Shown: positions 10,850 to 25,200, numbered from the stretch's first letter. The stretch: 64,000 bases of DNA from Mobula birostris (GCF_030028105.1 NC_092371.1:15025884-15089883), one strand, 5' to 3'. A program made the numbers and translations. The notes: a model not told the origin generated them from the letters alone.

Positions 10850-13800
10850 AGCGAGGCAAAAGCATTGATCAGGAAATGAAAAGTATTCCTAAAGAATTAT
10901 ATCAATGGATAATCAGAGAAAAAATGTGGCATCAAGTGGATAGCTATAAGTTTGTTGGGGTTAAATATTTATTGAACGTAATTTCTAAAACGATTAAAAG
11001 GGTAACGACAGAAAATTAACGCATGTGTACACTTATGAAATTCTCTTACGGAAAGGTTTATGATGTTCAAAGTCTTTATGAGCTGCAGAAAAGACTGTTG
11101 ACTTTCCGAGCATTGAATTATTCCATGAATATGATCCAGTACTTCCAATAAACAATTCATTTGTGGAATGATGAAGGCGAATTTAAAAATGACAACGTTT
11201 TGCATAGCTCTCTGTCAAAGTGTAACGGGGAAAATATAATGCTGTTAGGCAGAAACTTCTGAGCATAATTTGGGAGCAGGTGTTCTGAGGGATATGCACG
11301 GCGGAAAGGTGGCAAATGTTCGGTGAATATTTGCATGGAACTCTGCATAGTTATTTCCATTGAGGCAGGGAAAGGATGGTAAAGAATCATGGTGTACAAA
11401 GGATGTAGAAAACTTAGTTAAGCAGAAAAGGAAAGCTTACGAATGGCTCAAGAAACTAGGTACTATTAGAGCTCTAGAAACTAACAAGGTTTCTAGGAAA
11501 AAGCCTAAGAGTGGAATTAGGAGAGCCAGAAGGGGCCATCAGAAGGCCTTGGACAGGATGAAGGAAAATCCAAAGGCATTCATGTGAAGAACAAGAGGAT
11601 GAGCTGTATGAGAAAGGGACCAATGAGGTGCGATAGTAGAAACGTATGCATGGAGTCAGAGAGGCAGTGGAAGTACTTAATGGATACCGTGCTTCATTAT
11701 TCATCAGAGAAAAAGACCTTAGCAATTGTGGGAATGCCTTACAGCGGACTGAAACACTTGAGCATGGAGACATTGAGAAAGAGGATGTGCAGGAACTTTC
11801 GAAAAGCATAAGCTAGATACGTCACCGGGACTGGATGAGATACACCTCAGGCTCTTGTGGGAAGCGTTGGAGAAGATTGCTGAGCCGCATACAATGGTCT
11901 TTGCATCATCAAGAGCGATGGGAGAAATACCGGAGGATTAGAGGGTTGTAGATGTTGTTCCCTTGTTTAAGAAAGGGAGTAGAGATAAACCAGGAAAGTG
12001 CAGACCAATGAGTTTGACTTCAGTGTTGGGAAAGTTGTTGAAGAAGGTCCTGAGAGAAAGGATTTATGAGCATTTGGAGAGACATAATCTGATTACGGAT
12101 AATCAGCATGGCTTTGTCAAGAGCAGATCGTGTCTTACGAGCCTGATTGAATTCTACGAGGATATAACAAAACACATTGATGAAGGTAGAGCAGAGGATG
12201 AAGTGTATATGGATTTGAGAAAGGCATTTGATACGGTTCTCCATGCAAGGCTCCTTCAGAGAGTAAGGAGGCACGGGATCCAAGGAGACGTTGCTTTGAG
12301 CATCCAGAATTGTCTTCCCCAAAGAAGGCAAAGGGTGTTGGTAGTTGTTTTGTATTCTGCATGGAGGTCGGTGACCAGTGGTGTTTCGCAGGCACCTGTT
12401 CTGGGAACCCTCCTCTTTGTGATTTTTATAAATGACCTAAATGAAGAAGTAGAATAATGGGCTAGTATGTTTGCTGACAACACAAAGGTTGGGGATGTTG
12501 TGGGTAGTCTGGAGGGTGGTCAAAGGTTACAGCGGGACATCGATAGGATGCAGAACTAGGCTGAGAAGTGGTAGACAGACCTCAACACAGAGAAGTGTGA
12601 AGTGGTTTATATTCCAAGACAGAATATAATATAAATGGAAAGATTCTTAGCAGTGTCCAGGATCTGAGAGGACTTTCTGAGGGATTGAGTTCAATATCCG
12701 TGAGGCAATGTTACATCTATATAAGACCTTGGTCAGACCCCACCTGAAATACTGTGTTCAGTTCTGGTCACCACACGACAGAAAAGATGTGGATACTATG
12801 GAGAGAGTGCAGGGGAGATTTACAAGGATATTGCCTGGAATGGAGGGCGTACCTTATGAGAATAGGATGAGTGTTCTTTTTTTATTAATTCAATTTTCTC
12901 TTCTCATTTTACAAAGCAGCACAGCATATCACAGAGAAGATACAGAACAGCACATTTACACCGCCATCCCATGACAGGAAAACAAATAAAACTTAGATAC
13001 AGAAGAAGTTCTAATTTAAGTTTAAATTAACAAACACCAAAATTGATCCCACACTTCTTGCACTTTTCCCTCACTGTTAATTCTTCCCAATATGTGTTCA
13101 TATGATGAAATCTTAATCAGTAATCAAACAATATGGTCTTTTAATAATCTCTTAGATAGATGCATAGAGCTCAGTAAAAGAGAAGGCTATGCGCTGGGGG
13201 AATTCTAGACAGTTCTAGAGTAGGTTACATGGCCGGCACTACATTGTGGGCCGAAGGGTCTGCAATGTGATGTAAATTTCTATCTTCTATGCTCTAAAAA
13301 ATGAGCGGATGCTAAGAAAAGATAACTCTGAGTGCGCGAAGTTTTGTTTGTAACCATGAGGTGGCGGTACAGAGACACCGATGTCATTCCAGGCGTTGCA
13401 GAGCAGTTTCGCGACGGGGCGTTTTGCTAGCGCCCGGCGCCATTCTAGACAACCCAGCAAGCGGTTTACATCATCAACGAATTGATGAGATGTGGTCATT
13501 CCTGTAATATATTAAACAGGGCATTTGGTGGCAAACCATATGATCTGCTTTGCTAGTTCTGGTAACTGGGAAGAATAGTTCACTTCCCTCAGAAAAGTAA
13601 ATGGTTGAGTACAATAGTCTGATTTAGCAACTAAATAGTTACACTTCACAGAAACATATTAATATTACCACTCTGCCACTGCCTATCGCTTAGTCGGCTA
13701 TTTACTGCTCCCTTCCAGTTAACTCGCTGATTTAAATTGCTGTTGGGAGCATATTCGTGTCTTAACAATTCACGTGAAACAAGAGAAAGAGCTTACTCAG

Positions 13801-14463
13801 AGCAGATACACGGGTGCGGAGATGCAACACGGGAACAGTTGAAAGCCATTCGGAACCCGAGGAGCTGAAAGAAACCAGTTAGCAAAACTGGGAATGGAAC
13901 CCCTCGAACCAAATACAAATATGGCTTTGTTTACATAGAGGACATGCTACCTGGGGAGTAACGAAGAGATTTGACCAATGCGGCCTGCAATGGAGGAACA
14001 GGATGGGATATTCCGTTCATCAAGAATGCCGTACTAGAAGTTTAGAGCCATTTCCGTCAGCAGCTCATTGCTGGGATAAAAGCGGAGATCTTCCTATCAC
14101 TGACACAAAGATTAGCACCGTGAAGTTCATTGCAATGCACCACTGTGGAGGCCACGTCCTTAGGTATATTCAAAATGGAGTTCGATAAGTTCTTGATTCG
14201 GAATGGAGCCGAATGTTATGTTATGGGGTGAAGGCAGGTGAATGGGGATGAGCGGAATAATAAATTACCTATGATGGAATGCCGATCAGACTTGCTGGGC
14301 CAAATGGCCTAACGCTGCAGCTACGTCTTATGGTCCAAGACTAATCAGTACATTTTACAAGTCTCAGAGCCTATTCCCACTCACAAACTTAATTACTCCT
14401 TAAAATGATATGTATCTCGATCACATTTTTTCCATATCGTCAAGTATGCCAGAATTGGTACAA
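10850..14463. repeat. Segmental duplication block A, copy 1 (inverted copy at about 49063-52350)
   Basis: Unique and repeat-derived sequence aligns in reverse complement, e.g. 13290-13680 with 49975-49600, 14330-14463 with 49185-49063, and 10850-11350 with 52350-51760. Confidence 0.9.
11250..13290 (+). mobile_element. Degenerate CR1 LINE (ORF2 RT region to 3' end), interrupted at about 12875-13150 by an antisense L1-like 3' fragment
   Basis: ORF fragments KKGSRDKPGKCRPMSLTSV..QHGFVK..VYMDLRKAFD..INDL and LYKTLVRPHLKYCVQFWSP; the T-rich segment at 12875 looks like an antisense poly(A) tail. Confidence 0.85.
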
Positions 14464-14474
14464 GACGAACAAAT

Positions 14475-17400
14475 GTGATAAACCAGCAGGTAGGAAGGAA
14501 ATAGACAGTCAATGAATAGTGAAGGAATATATCGAGGCGGAGGGCACCAGTTTGGAGTATGGACATTCTTGGTAAACTCTAATCGTGCGCTTAACTTCCT
14601 GTTGTTTATATGGACAATGTGAATCTTTGACAAGATTCAGCATGCTAGGCTGGTTGGCAGGGTTGGATAAAGGTGCCAGGTGAGTGAAGCGTTACACAGA
14701 GAGTGTTTCTGAAGTGTCCTTTTTCAGTTTGGAGAACTTTACCACCGGTGTTCAGTGGAGACCGGTACTGGTTCCACCATTGGCATATTGTGATAAGAAA
14801 GTTTTTTGCATTGTTGGCAAGTTACACTTGGAGGAAATAATGCAGGCCTTTGCATGACAAGTGGTAGGACCCTGAGGAGAGCTGTAACATAGACAGACCA
14901 AGGGGCAACTTTCGTGCAAGGGATGATGCTGAATCACATTGTGCCGAAACAACTGTCATTTCCACACTGGAAACAGGACCGGGCCTAAAGATTGATAGGG
15001 CTCTGTGGGAGAGAACTTCGTAAACTGACTCATGTCACTCTTGCTCATTATATCAACCAACACTCACCCAACCACCATTCAAAAGAGGAGCCATACCTCG
15101 CATCGCATTTGTTTTTTAACTTAGTATCTTCCCTTTCAACAGCATCGCTCTCATTTCCCTAAACTCCAGAGAGTTTGGTGTCTTTCTCGCTCTCATCCCC
15201 AAAGTCCAAGTTAAAGCAAATTGATTACCAAAGTACATATTTGCAGCATATACTATCTTGAGCCTCATTTTTGAGAGCATTCACTGTAAGGACAAAGAAT
15301 AAGAGAATCAATGAAAAGCCCCACTCAACAAATACTGGCAAAAGACAACACAGTGTGAAAATACATCAAAGAAAAAAAGCACATAATATTCGTAATAAAT
15401 AAATAAGCAATAAATATCAAGAATAAGAGCTGGACAGAGAGCGAAAATGAATCCAGGGGTTCAGGAATTCGTTCAGTTTTGGGGAGAGTGAAGTTGAGTG
15501 AATGTATCTGCTTTGGTTCAACACTCTAATGGTTCAGCGATAACATTTCCAGAACCTAGTGACGTGGGACCAATGCTAGAGTACCACCTTCGTGATGGCA
15601 GCAGCAAGAAGGGAGCCGATTGACGATGGATGCTGCTTTCCTGAAAGAGCAACTCTTTTAGATGTGGTCACTGGTGAGAAGCGTTCCACGCGTAATTGAC
15701 CGGGCTGCATCCAATAACTTCTTTCGACTTTTCCGTTACAACATAGTAATGCACATTAACAGGCCATTCGGTCCACGATTTTGTGCCAAATGAATTTAAT
15801 ATTTAATGAAATGGCAAACTGAACCTACCTCTTCTGCGTAAACCACGTCCTCGTCTTCATCCAGGCAATATCCAGATAAACCTCTTCTGCACCCTCTTGA
15901 GAGCCTTACCACCTTTCCTATAACGAGGGCCCCGGAACTGTATACAATACTCCCAAAGCAGCCTAACGAGATCTTTATAAGCTACAACATAACTTTCTGA
16001 CTTTTGAACTCCATGTCTCGGCTAATAAAGACAAGCATTCCATATGCCGTTTTAACAACGCAGTAAATCCATGAAACCACTTCCAGGGAGTTCAGAACTG
16101 GACCCGAAGTTCCCTCTGTTCATCAAAGTTGTTAAGGATCGCGTCCGTAACGGTGTACCGTCTCTTTGTTTTTGATCTAGCAATATGCAAGTTTACATTT
16201 GCCCGCGTTACACTCCGTCTACCATTTCTTCACCCATCACCGCAAATGATCTATGTCCTATATCTTTGACAATCTTCTACAGTACAGGCAACACCAGTAG
16301 ACTTCATATAATCTAGAACCTTACTCAACCACCCATATATGTCTTTATCTGGACAGATCTGGACACAAGCTGGGGTCTGATCAGCCACGGCTGGGTCACC
16401 TGGAGGATGTTGAAAGACCCGAAACACCCGATGATTCCAGGAACATCACTGAAGATGTGTCCAGAAGCATCAATAGATGTATGTACACAGCTACACAACT
16501 GACAACACCAGAAGACTTCATATAATCTAGAACCTTATTCAACCACCCATATATGTCTTTATCCTGGTTATTTATATGGATCACAAACAGTAAAGGTCCC
16601 AGTACAGATCTCTGCAGAGCACCAATAATCACAGGCCTCCGCCTACAATAAATCTATCGACCACTGCCCTCTGTCTCTAAGTGCAAGCCTGTTGTGATTC
16701 CAAATGGCCAATTAACTATGGATCCGTTAATCCTTCATCTTCTGGAATAGCCACCAGATGAGCACCTGGTTAAATGCCTCACTAAAATCCAAGTAGACAG
16801 CATCCACAGTTCCACTTACGTGAATCACGCTTGCACCTCTTTATGAAACAGTCAAGTTAGTCAGACACGACTTGCCCGTACAAATCCATGATGTTCCAAA
16901 TGATCACAAATCCTATCTCTAACGTTTCACTCCAGGATCTTTCCTCCTACTGACGTGAGACTCGCAGCTCTGTAGTTTCCAGGATTATCGCTTGTTCCTC
17001 TCTAAAAGAATGGAAAAACATTAGCTACTCGCCACTATTCCGTGATCTTGCCTGTAGCTAGGGCGGACACCAAGATACTGGCCAATGCCCCAGCAATCTC
17101 TTCTGTTACCTTTCTCGATAAGCCGGGGTACATCCCAACAGATCCTGGGTACTTATGTGCCTTAATGCTCTTAAAGAGACAGAACACCGCCTCCTCCTTT
17201 ACCTTGAAATGCCCTGTAATATCAATATGCTTAGAACTGATCTCCCTGTCCTTCTACTTGGTAAATTCTAGAGGAATAGAGTATAGGAGCAGTGATGTGA
17301 TGTTGAGGCTCTATAAGGCGCTGGTAAGACCTCACTTGGAGTACTGTGGGCAGTTTTGAGCTCCATATTTAAGATAGGATATACTGACGTTGAAGAGGGT

Positions 17401-18370
17401 ACAAAGAAGATTCACTAGAATGATTCCAGAACTGAGAGGGTTAACATATGAGGAACGTTTGTCCGCTCTTGGACTGTATTCCTTCGAGTTTAGAAGAATG
17501 AGGGGAGATCTCATGGAAACATTTAGCATATTGAAAGGCATGGATAGAGTGGATGTGGCAAAGTTGTTTCCCGTGATGGGGGAGTCTAGTACGAGAGGGC
17601 ATGACTTAAGGATTGAAGGGCCCCCATTCAGAAAAGAGATGCAAATAATTTTTTTTAGGTGAATCTGTGGAATTTGTTGCCACGGGCGGCAGTGTAGGCC
17701 AAGTCATTGAGTGTATTTAAGGCAGAGATTGATAGGTATCTGAGTAGCCAGGGCATCAAAGGTTATGGCGAGAAGGTGAGGGAGTGGGACTAAATGGGAG
17801 AATGGATCAGCTGATGATAAAATGGCGGAGCAGACTCGGTGGGCCGAATGTCCGACTTCTGCTCCTTTGTCTTATGGTCTAAATGGGGCATTTGTGTCTG
17901 CAGGGCATTCCAGGGCATATCAGGCGGTGATACAATCAGTCAGTATACTCTATTTTTCAGGCATCTAATGAAGTTTGTGAAAGTTTTAGATTACATGGCA
18001 AACGTTTGCAAACTTCTAACAAAGCAGGGACGTTGCCGTGCCTTCTTTGTAATGGCAGTGATGAGCTGGACACAGGACAGATTCTCCGAAATGGTAGCAC
18101 GTAGGAATTTAATGTTGCTAACGGTCTGCACTCTGGTACCCCGATAAGGTCTGACTCATAGGCATCCGGTTTCGTCCTTCTGCAGTCAATATTCACCTTC
18201 TTGTTCTAGCTGACATCCAGTGGCACCATTGAGCCGGATAATGTTCCTGACCGTACGGGTCAGGCCTATACTCGAGAGAAGCAAAAGATACACGATCAGC
18301 ATTAGGAATTAAATTCGAAGGCCAATGGTGGGTAGGGTTAATGAGCTGCTAGACTTAGCGGTAGACGCAA
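14475..18370. repeat. Segmental duplication block B, copy 1 (direct copy at about 57042-64000)
   Basis: Collinear same-strand similarity, e.g. ggaaggaaatagacagtcaatgaatagtgaagg (14493) vs ggaaggaaataaacagtcactgaatagtgaagg (57060). It continues to the window end once copy-specific insertions are removed. Confidence 0.9.
17267..17879 (+). mobile_element. CR1 3' fragment inserted after the duplication, with a short TAAAT duplication
   Basis: Encodes LYKALVRPHLEYC..RRFTRMIPELRGL..; absent from the paralogous site at 63524-63540; TAAAT at 17262-17266 and 17880-17884. Confidence 0.85.
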
Positions 18371-19869
18371 GTAAAACTGCACAGTTTAGAAGACATTTAA
18401 GCAGGCTCAAGGGTATGAAAAACATGGGTGCCGTTAGCAAAATGGAGGCAAGTGGCTTCACACCGGTAAGCATCCTGATCGGCATAGACGAATTGCGTAC
18501 AATTCCACGCTGTGTAACTACGTAAATCTAAATGCCGGGTTTGATAATAAACAGGGACGGGCTATTAGTCTGTCTTCAACCCAGCGTAGGATGAACAACT
18601 GTGACCTGACCCACTCATTCAGAGGCTGTGGAGAACTTTCTCCACAAAGCCCCAAGACTGCTGAGATGCTGGCCAGATTCCAGGCTGGGATGGAGATATA
18701 TTAGTGAATAAACAGATTCAGCACTCCGTGGATCAAGCAGGGCAGTACTGGGAGGGCGGTGAGAGTGGGATGATTAACTATGAACCTGGGCAACGGGAAG
18801 CAGGTGCGCAAAGTCCATCTATGACATTTATCCCCTTGTGTGTCCAGAAATGGTAGCATCGTTCGGGATTCCTCATTTGCCACGATATTCACGTCCAATG
18901 TGCTGCGGCTGGTGCAGAGAAGCAGAGAGACGTAAAGCCCATGATCTTCTCCTCGGACTCTCCCTCTTCCTCCGACGCCCCCCCACTCTCTCTCTCTCCC
19001 CCCCACCCCCACCACCACAACTCCCCCCACCCCCAAGTGCCCTCCATTCCCGCGAGACTCAACGACCGCGCCACCTGCACAGCTTCATAAACAAGACAGA
19101 AACAGCAGCAATTTGCGTACATTTGCTAAATAAAGGCTGTGCCAACACCGCTCGGTCCCCATGGGGAGATCAAGTGGATCGCAGCTGCATCAGTGACGCT
19201 CATAGGCACGGGCTGCTTAAACCTGTGAATCATCATAAGTGATGGATTAACTGGACAGAACAGTCTGATGGTCAAGTGGGCATGAAGAAAAAGACCCAGT
19301 TCATTGCCCCACTGGTTTTGAAGGTCCCATTCCACGTTCCGCATGCCCAATAAGAACATTTACATTTTTAAAAAAGCCTTACACAGCCCAAGACTACTGG
19401 ACGTTATGAAGTAACGTTTCAGAAATAAAAAGAAGAGGCGTTATTAGACAAAACGTTGAAACCGAATCACATAAACAGAATATTTATTTGGAAGAAACCT
19501 TGTCATCCCGTATCCAATATCCGCCCATCAGTATAGAGATGGGAGCTGAACGGGGTGGTGGGGCGGCGCGGGTTGGTGATGAACTAAACCACGGACAACA
19601 GAAGCGAGCGGTGAGGTCTCACACAGAGCCCAGTGTCAGTAACAGCTACTTTTGGAACGAGGTTCAGAATCTGAATCCGATTGATGTCTAATATCACTAA
19701 CGTATGTCGCTATTTTTGTTATTTTGTAGTTATGCATTTAATTAAGCTGTAAGTACATTGTACGTGTAATTTGTTTATCTATATACATTATATATAATTT
19801 AATAAATATACATTTCAGTTTAGAAATCCCATGACGAATTAGAACAAGCTGTTATTTAAACGCTGATTT

Positions 19870-22250
19870 TTTTTTGTCTTTAGTTTTTTTCCTTCCAAAG
19901 TGGATAACCTCGCATTTACCAACATTGTACTCCATACTCTATCTGCCAGAACCTTGCCAAATCACTTAACCTATTAATACCTTTCTTCAGACTCTTTTTA
20001 TACTCTGCACAATTTGCTTTTTCACTCAATTTAGTTTAATCTGCAAACCTACATACACAACACTCGGTCCCCTCTTCCAGATCTTCAACATGTACCATGA
20101 ACAGTTGGGGGCCCAGTACCGACCACTGCGCCACACCATTCACCACTGATTGCCAACCAGACAAACATACATGTATCCCAACTCGGTTCTTTCTATTGGT
20201 TGACCAATCAGTAATTCATGTTAATACATCACTCTCAATACTATGCATGGTTACCTTTATATGTGGCCCATTATCGAACGTCCTACAAACATAGAAACAA
20301 CGAAAACCAACAGCAAAATACGGGCCCTTCGTTCCACAATGCTGTGCCAAACATGTACTTACTTCAGAAATTACCTAATGCTGTGCCAAACATGTACTTA
20401 CTTCAGAAATAGAGGGTTACCCATAGCCCTCTATTTTTCTAGGTTTCATGCACCTCTCCAGGAGTCTCTTAAACTACCCTATCGTATCTGTCTCTACCAC
20501 CGTCACCGGCAGCCCATTCCACGCACTGACCACTCACTGCGTAAATAAAATCCTACCCTGACATCTTCTCTATACCTATTCCGAAGCAACTTAAAACTGT
20601 GCCCTCTCGTGCTAGCCATTTCAGCCCTGGGATAAAGGCTCTAACTATACACAGGAACAATGTCTCTTATCATCTTATACACCTCTATTCGGTCACCTTT
20701 CCTCCTCCGCGGCCCCAAGGAGAAAAGGCTGAGTTCCATCAACCTGATCTCTTAAGGCATGCTCCTTGTAACATCTTTGTGGATCTCCTCTGCACCATTT
20801 CCAAGTTTCCACATCCTTAATGTGACCAGAACTGAACACAGTACTCTAAGTGGTGTCGGACCAGCATCCTATATAGCTGCAACATTACCCTCAGCTCTTA
20901 AACTCAATCCCACAGTTGATGAAGGTCAATTCACAGTATGCTTTCTTAACCACAGAGTCAACCTGCGCAGCAGCTTTGAGTGTCCTATGGACTCGTACCC
21001 CAAGATTCCTCTGATTCTCTACACTGCCAATTATTACAATATTCTGCAGTCATATTTGACCTACCAAAATGAACCCCCTCACACTTATATGGATTGAACT
21101 CCATCTGTCACTTCTCACCCAGTTTTGCATCCTATCAATGTCCCGCTGTAACCACATTGGTCATCGACACTCTACAGAATATGACCCATTTACAACTACT
21201 CTTTGCCTTCTGTGGGCAAGCCAATTCTGGATCCACAAAGCAAGGTCCCCTTGGATCGCTTACCTCCTTACTTTCTCAATAAGACATGTATAGGGTACTT
21301 TATCAAATGCCTTGCTGAAATCCATATACACCACATCTACTGTTCTACCTTCATCAATCTGTTTAGTAACATCCTCAAAATATTCCATCAGTCTCGTCAG
21401 GTACGACATGCCTTTGACAAAGCGATGCTGACTGCCCCTAATCATCTTATGCCTCTCCAAACGTTCATAAATTATGCCTCTCAGGATCTTTTCCATCAAA
21501 TTACCAACCACTGAGTTAAGACTCACTGATCAATAATTTCCTGGGCTAACTCTACTCCATGTTTTGAACAAGGGAACAAGATATGCAAGCCTCCAAGCCT
21601 CCAGAAACTTTACCATCCTCACTGATGATGCAAAGATCATTGCCAGTGACTCAACAATGTTCTCCTTCGCCTCCCATAGTAGCCTAGGTTACATCTAGTT
21701 CTTAATGTCTATAAACTCAAGCTTTTTAGTCCGCTGTAAGTCATCCGTACAATCGCCAAGATCCTTTTCCGTAGTGAAAGGTAATTTACGTAAATGACGT
21801 GCATCTATTCCCGTCTATCCACTATGGTTGTTATATCCTCAACGAACTCCAGTAAGTTTGTGGAACAGGACCTGCCTTTGCTGAATCCATGCTGAGACTT
21901 CGTGGATCGATCCATTTCTTTCCATAATGCCTAGCTATTTCTTCTTTAATGATAGCTTCAAGCACTCTCCCAACTACAAATGTTATAGGAACTGCCTTTT
22001 GCCTACATCTCTTATTTGATCAATGGCGTGACATTCGCCTTCTTTCAGTCCACGGGGATCTGCCCAGACTACAGGGAATCTTGGTGAATTATCATCAAAG
22101 CCCCAACTATAATCTCTTCCATTTCTTTCATTATCCTGGGCTGCATTCCATCAAGTCCAGGCGACTTGTCTATTTTTAGGCCCACATGTTTACTTATCTC
22201 TACCTCTTTAGCATATAGTTAATGTATCGAGGTTCTCACTTCCCATCGCA
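19870..22250 (-). mobile_element. Cluster of degenerate antisense CR1 ORF2 fragments
   Basis: The minus-strand ORF 21260-21526 (SVVGNLMEKILR..QHRFVKG..VVYMDFSKAFDKVP) and neighbouring CR1-like segments. Confidence 0.8.
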
Positions 22251-22257
22251 TCCATTT

Positions 22258-25200
22258 CATTACTGCCTGTGCCACGCGACAGTGAGAGTAGGAATGAGAT
22301 GAGGTGGAGGATAAATGCGTGGCTGAGGGATTGGAGCAGGGGGCAGGGATTCAAGTTTTTGGATCATTGGGACCTCTTTTGGCGCAGACGTGACCTGTAC
22401 AAAAAGGACGGGTTGCACTTGAATCCTAGGGGGACCAATATCCTGGCAGGGAGATTAGCGGAGGCTATTGAGGTGACTTTAAACTAGAATGGTTGGGGGG
22501 TGGGAATCAAATTAAAGAGGCTAAGAGTGAGGAGGTTAGTTCACTACAGGGTGATGGGAACCAGTGCAGAGAGACAGACGGGTGTAAAGTGAGGGTAGAA
22601 ACTAAAAGTACTATGGAGAAAAGTAAAAGTGGCAGGCCGACAAATCCAGGGCAAGCATTAAAAAGGGCCACTTTTCAGCATAATTGTATAAGGGCTAAGA
22701 GAGTTGTAAAAGAGCGCCTGAAGGCTTTGTGTGTCAATGCAAGGAGCATTCGTAATAAGGTGAATGAATTGAAAGTGCAGATTGTTATTAATGATTATGA
22801 TATAGTTGGGATCACAGAGACATGCCTCCTGGGTGACCAGGGATGGGAGCTCAACGTTCAGGGATATTCAATATTCAGGAGGGATAGACATGAAGGAAGG
22901 GGAGGTGGGGTGGCGTTGCTGGTTAAAGAAGAGATTAACGCAATAGAAAGGAAGGACATAAGCCGGGAAGATGTGGAATCGATATGGGTAGAGCTGCGTA
23001 ACACTAAGGGGCAGAAGACGCTGGTGGGAGTTGTGTACAGGCCACCTAACAGTAGTAGTGAGGTCGGAGATGGTATTAAACAGGAAATTAGAAATGTGTG
23101 CAATAAAGGAACAGCAGTTATAATGGGTGACTTCAATCTACATGTAGATTGGGTGAACCAAATTGGTAAAGGTGCTGAGGAAGAGGATTTCTTGGAATGT
23201 ATGCGGGATGGTTTTTTGAACCAACATGTCGAGGAACCAACTAGAGAGCAGGCTATTCTGGACTGGGTTTTGAGCAATGAGGAAGGGTTAATTAGCAATC
23301 TTGTCGTGAGAGGCCCCTTGGGTAAGAGTGACCATAATATGGTGGAATTCTTCATTAAGATGGAGAGTGACATAGTTAATTCAGAAACAAAGGTTCTGAA
23401 CTTAAAGAGGGGTAACTTTGAAGGTATGAGACGTGAATTAGCTAAGATAGACTGGCAAATGACACTTAAAGGATTGACGGTGGATATGCAATGGCAAGCA
23501 TTTAAAGGTTGCATGGATGAACTACAACAATCGTTCATCCCGGTTTGGCAAAAGAATAAATCAAGGAAGGTAGTGCACCCGTGGCTGACAAGAGAAATTA
23601 GGGATAGTATCAATTCCAAAGAAGAAGCATACAAATTAGCCAGAGAAAGTGGCTCACCTGAGGACTGGGAGAAATTCAGAGTTCAGCAGAGGAGGACAAA
23701 GGGCTTAATTAGGAAGGGGAAAAAAGATTATGAGAGAAAACTGGCAGGCAACATAAAAACGGACTGTAAAAGCTTTTATAGATATGTAAAAAGGAAAAGA
23801 CTGGTAAAGACAAATGTAGGTCCCCTGCAGACAGAAACGTGTGAATTGATTATGGGGAGCAAGGACATGGCAGACCAATTGAATAATTACTTTGGTTCTG
23901 TCTTCACTAAGGAGGACATAAATAATCTTCCAGAAATAGTAGGGGACAGAGGGTCCAGTGAGATGGAGGAACTGAGCGAAATACATGTTAGTAGGGAAGT
24001 GGTGTTAGATAAATTGAAGGGATTGAAGGCAGATAAATCCCCAGGGCCAGATGGTCTGCATCCCAGCGTGCTTAAGGAAGTAGCCCAAGAAATAGTGGAT
24101 GCATTAGTGATAATTTTTCAAAACTCGTTAGATTCTGGACTAGTTCCTGAGGATTGGAGGGTGGCTAATGTAACTCCACTTTTTAAAAAAGGAGGGAGAG
24201 AGAAACCGGGGAATTATAGACCGGTTAGCCTAACGTCGGTGGTGGGGAAACTGCTGGAGTCAGTTATCAAGGATGTGATAACAGTACATTTGGAATGCGG
24301 TGAAATGATCGGACAAAGTCAGCATGGATTTGTGAAAGGAAAGTCATGTCTGACGAATCTCATAGAATTTTTTGAGGATGTAACTAGTAGAATGGATAGG
24401 GGAGAACCAGTAGATGTGGTATATTTGGATTTTCAGAAGGCTTTTGACAAGGTCCCACACAGGAGATTAGTGAGCAAACTTAAAGCACACAGTATTGGGG
24501 GTAAGGTATTGGTGTGGGTGGAGAGTTGGTTAGCAGACAGGAAGCAAAGAGTGGGAATAAACGGGACCTTTTCAGAATGGCAGGCGGTGACTAGTGGGGT
24601 ACCGCAAAGCTCAGTGCTGGGACCCCAGTTGTTTACAATATATATTAATGACTTGGATGAGGGAATTAAATGCAGCATCTCCAAGTTTGCGGATGACACG
24701 AAACTGGGTGGCAGTGTTAGCTGTGAGGAGGATGCTAAGAGGATGCAGGGTGACTTGGATAGGTTGGGTGAGTGGGCAAATTCATGGCAGATGCAATTTA
24801 ATGTGGATAAATGTGAAGTTATCCACTTTGGTGGCAAAAATAGGAAAACAGATTATTATCTGAATGGTGACCGATTAGGAAAAGGGGAGGTGCAACGAGA
24901 CCTGGGTGTCATTATACACCAGTCATTGAAAGTGGGCATGCAGGTACAGCAGGCGGTGAAAAAGGCAAATGGTATGCTGGCATTTATAGCGAGAGGATTC
25001 GAGTACAGGAGCAGGGAGGTACTACTGCAGTTGTACAAGGCCTTAGTGAGACCACACCTGGAGTATTGTGTGCAGTTTTGGTCCCCTAATCTGAGGAAAG
25101 ACATCCTTGCCATAGAGGGAGTACAAAGAAGGTTCACCAGATTGATTCCTGGGATGGCAGGACTTTCATATGAAGAAAGACTGGATGAACTGGGCTTGTA

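Noticed and set aside
10805-10850. TL.LVRSCKDG resembling TLSCLVSGFKPG of the C exon
   Set aside because: Too short, lacks the conserved Cys, has no flanking similarity, and is not supported by the paralogous copy.
18701-19359. Proline/glycine-rich ORFs in a GC-rich stretch
   Set aside because: Driven by a C-rich low-complexity tract; no recognisable domain or exon structure.
22858-25137. Antisense ORFs of 90-258 aa over the young CR1 (also 39020-39580)
   Set aside because: Shadow ORFs of CR1 ORF2, reproduced in each copy of the family.
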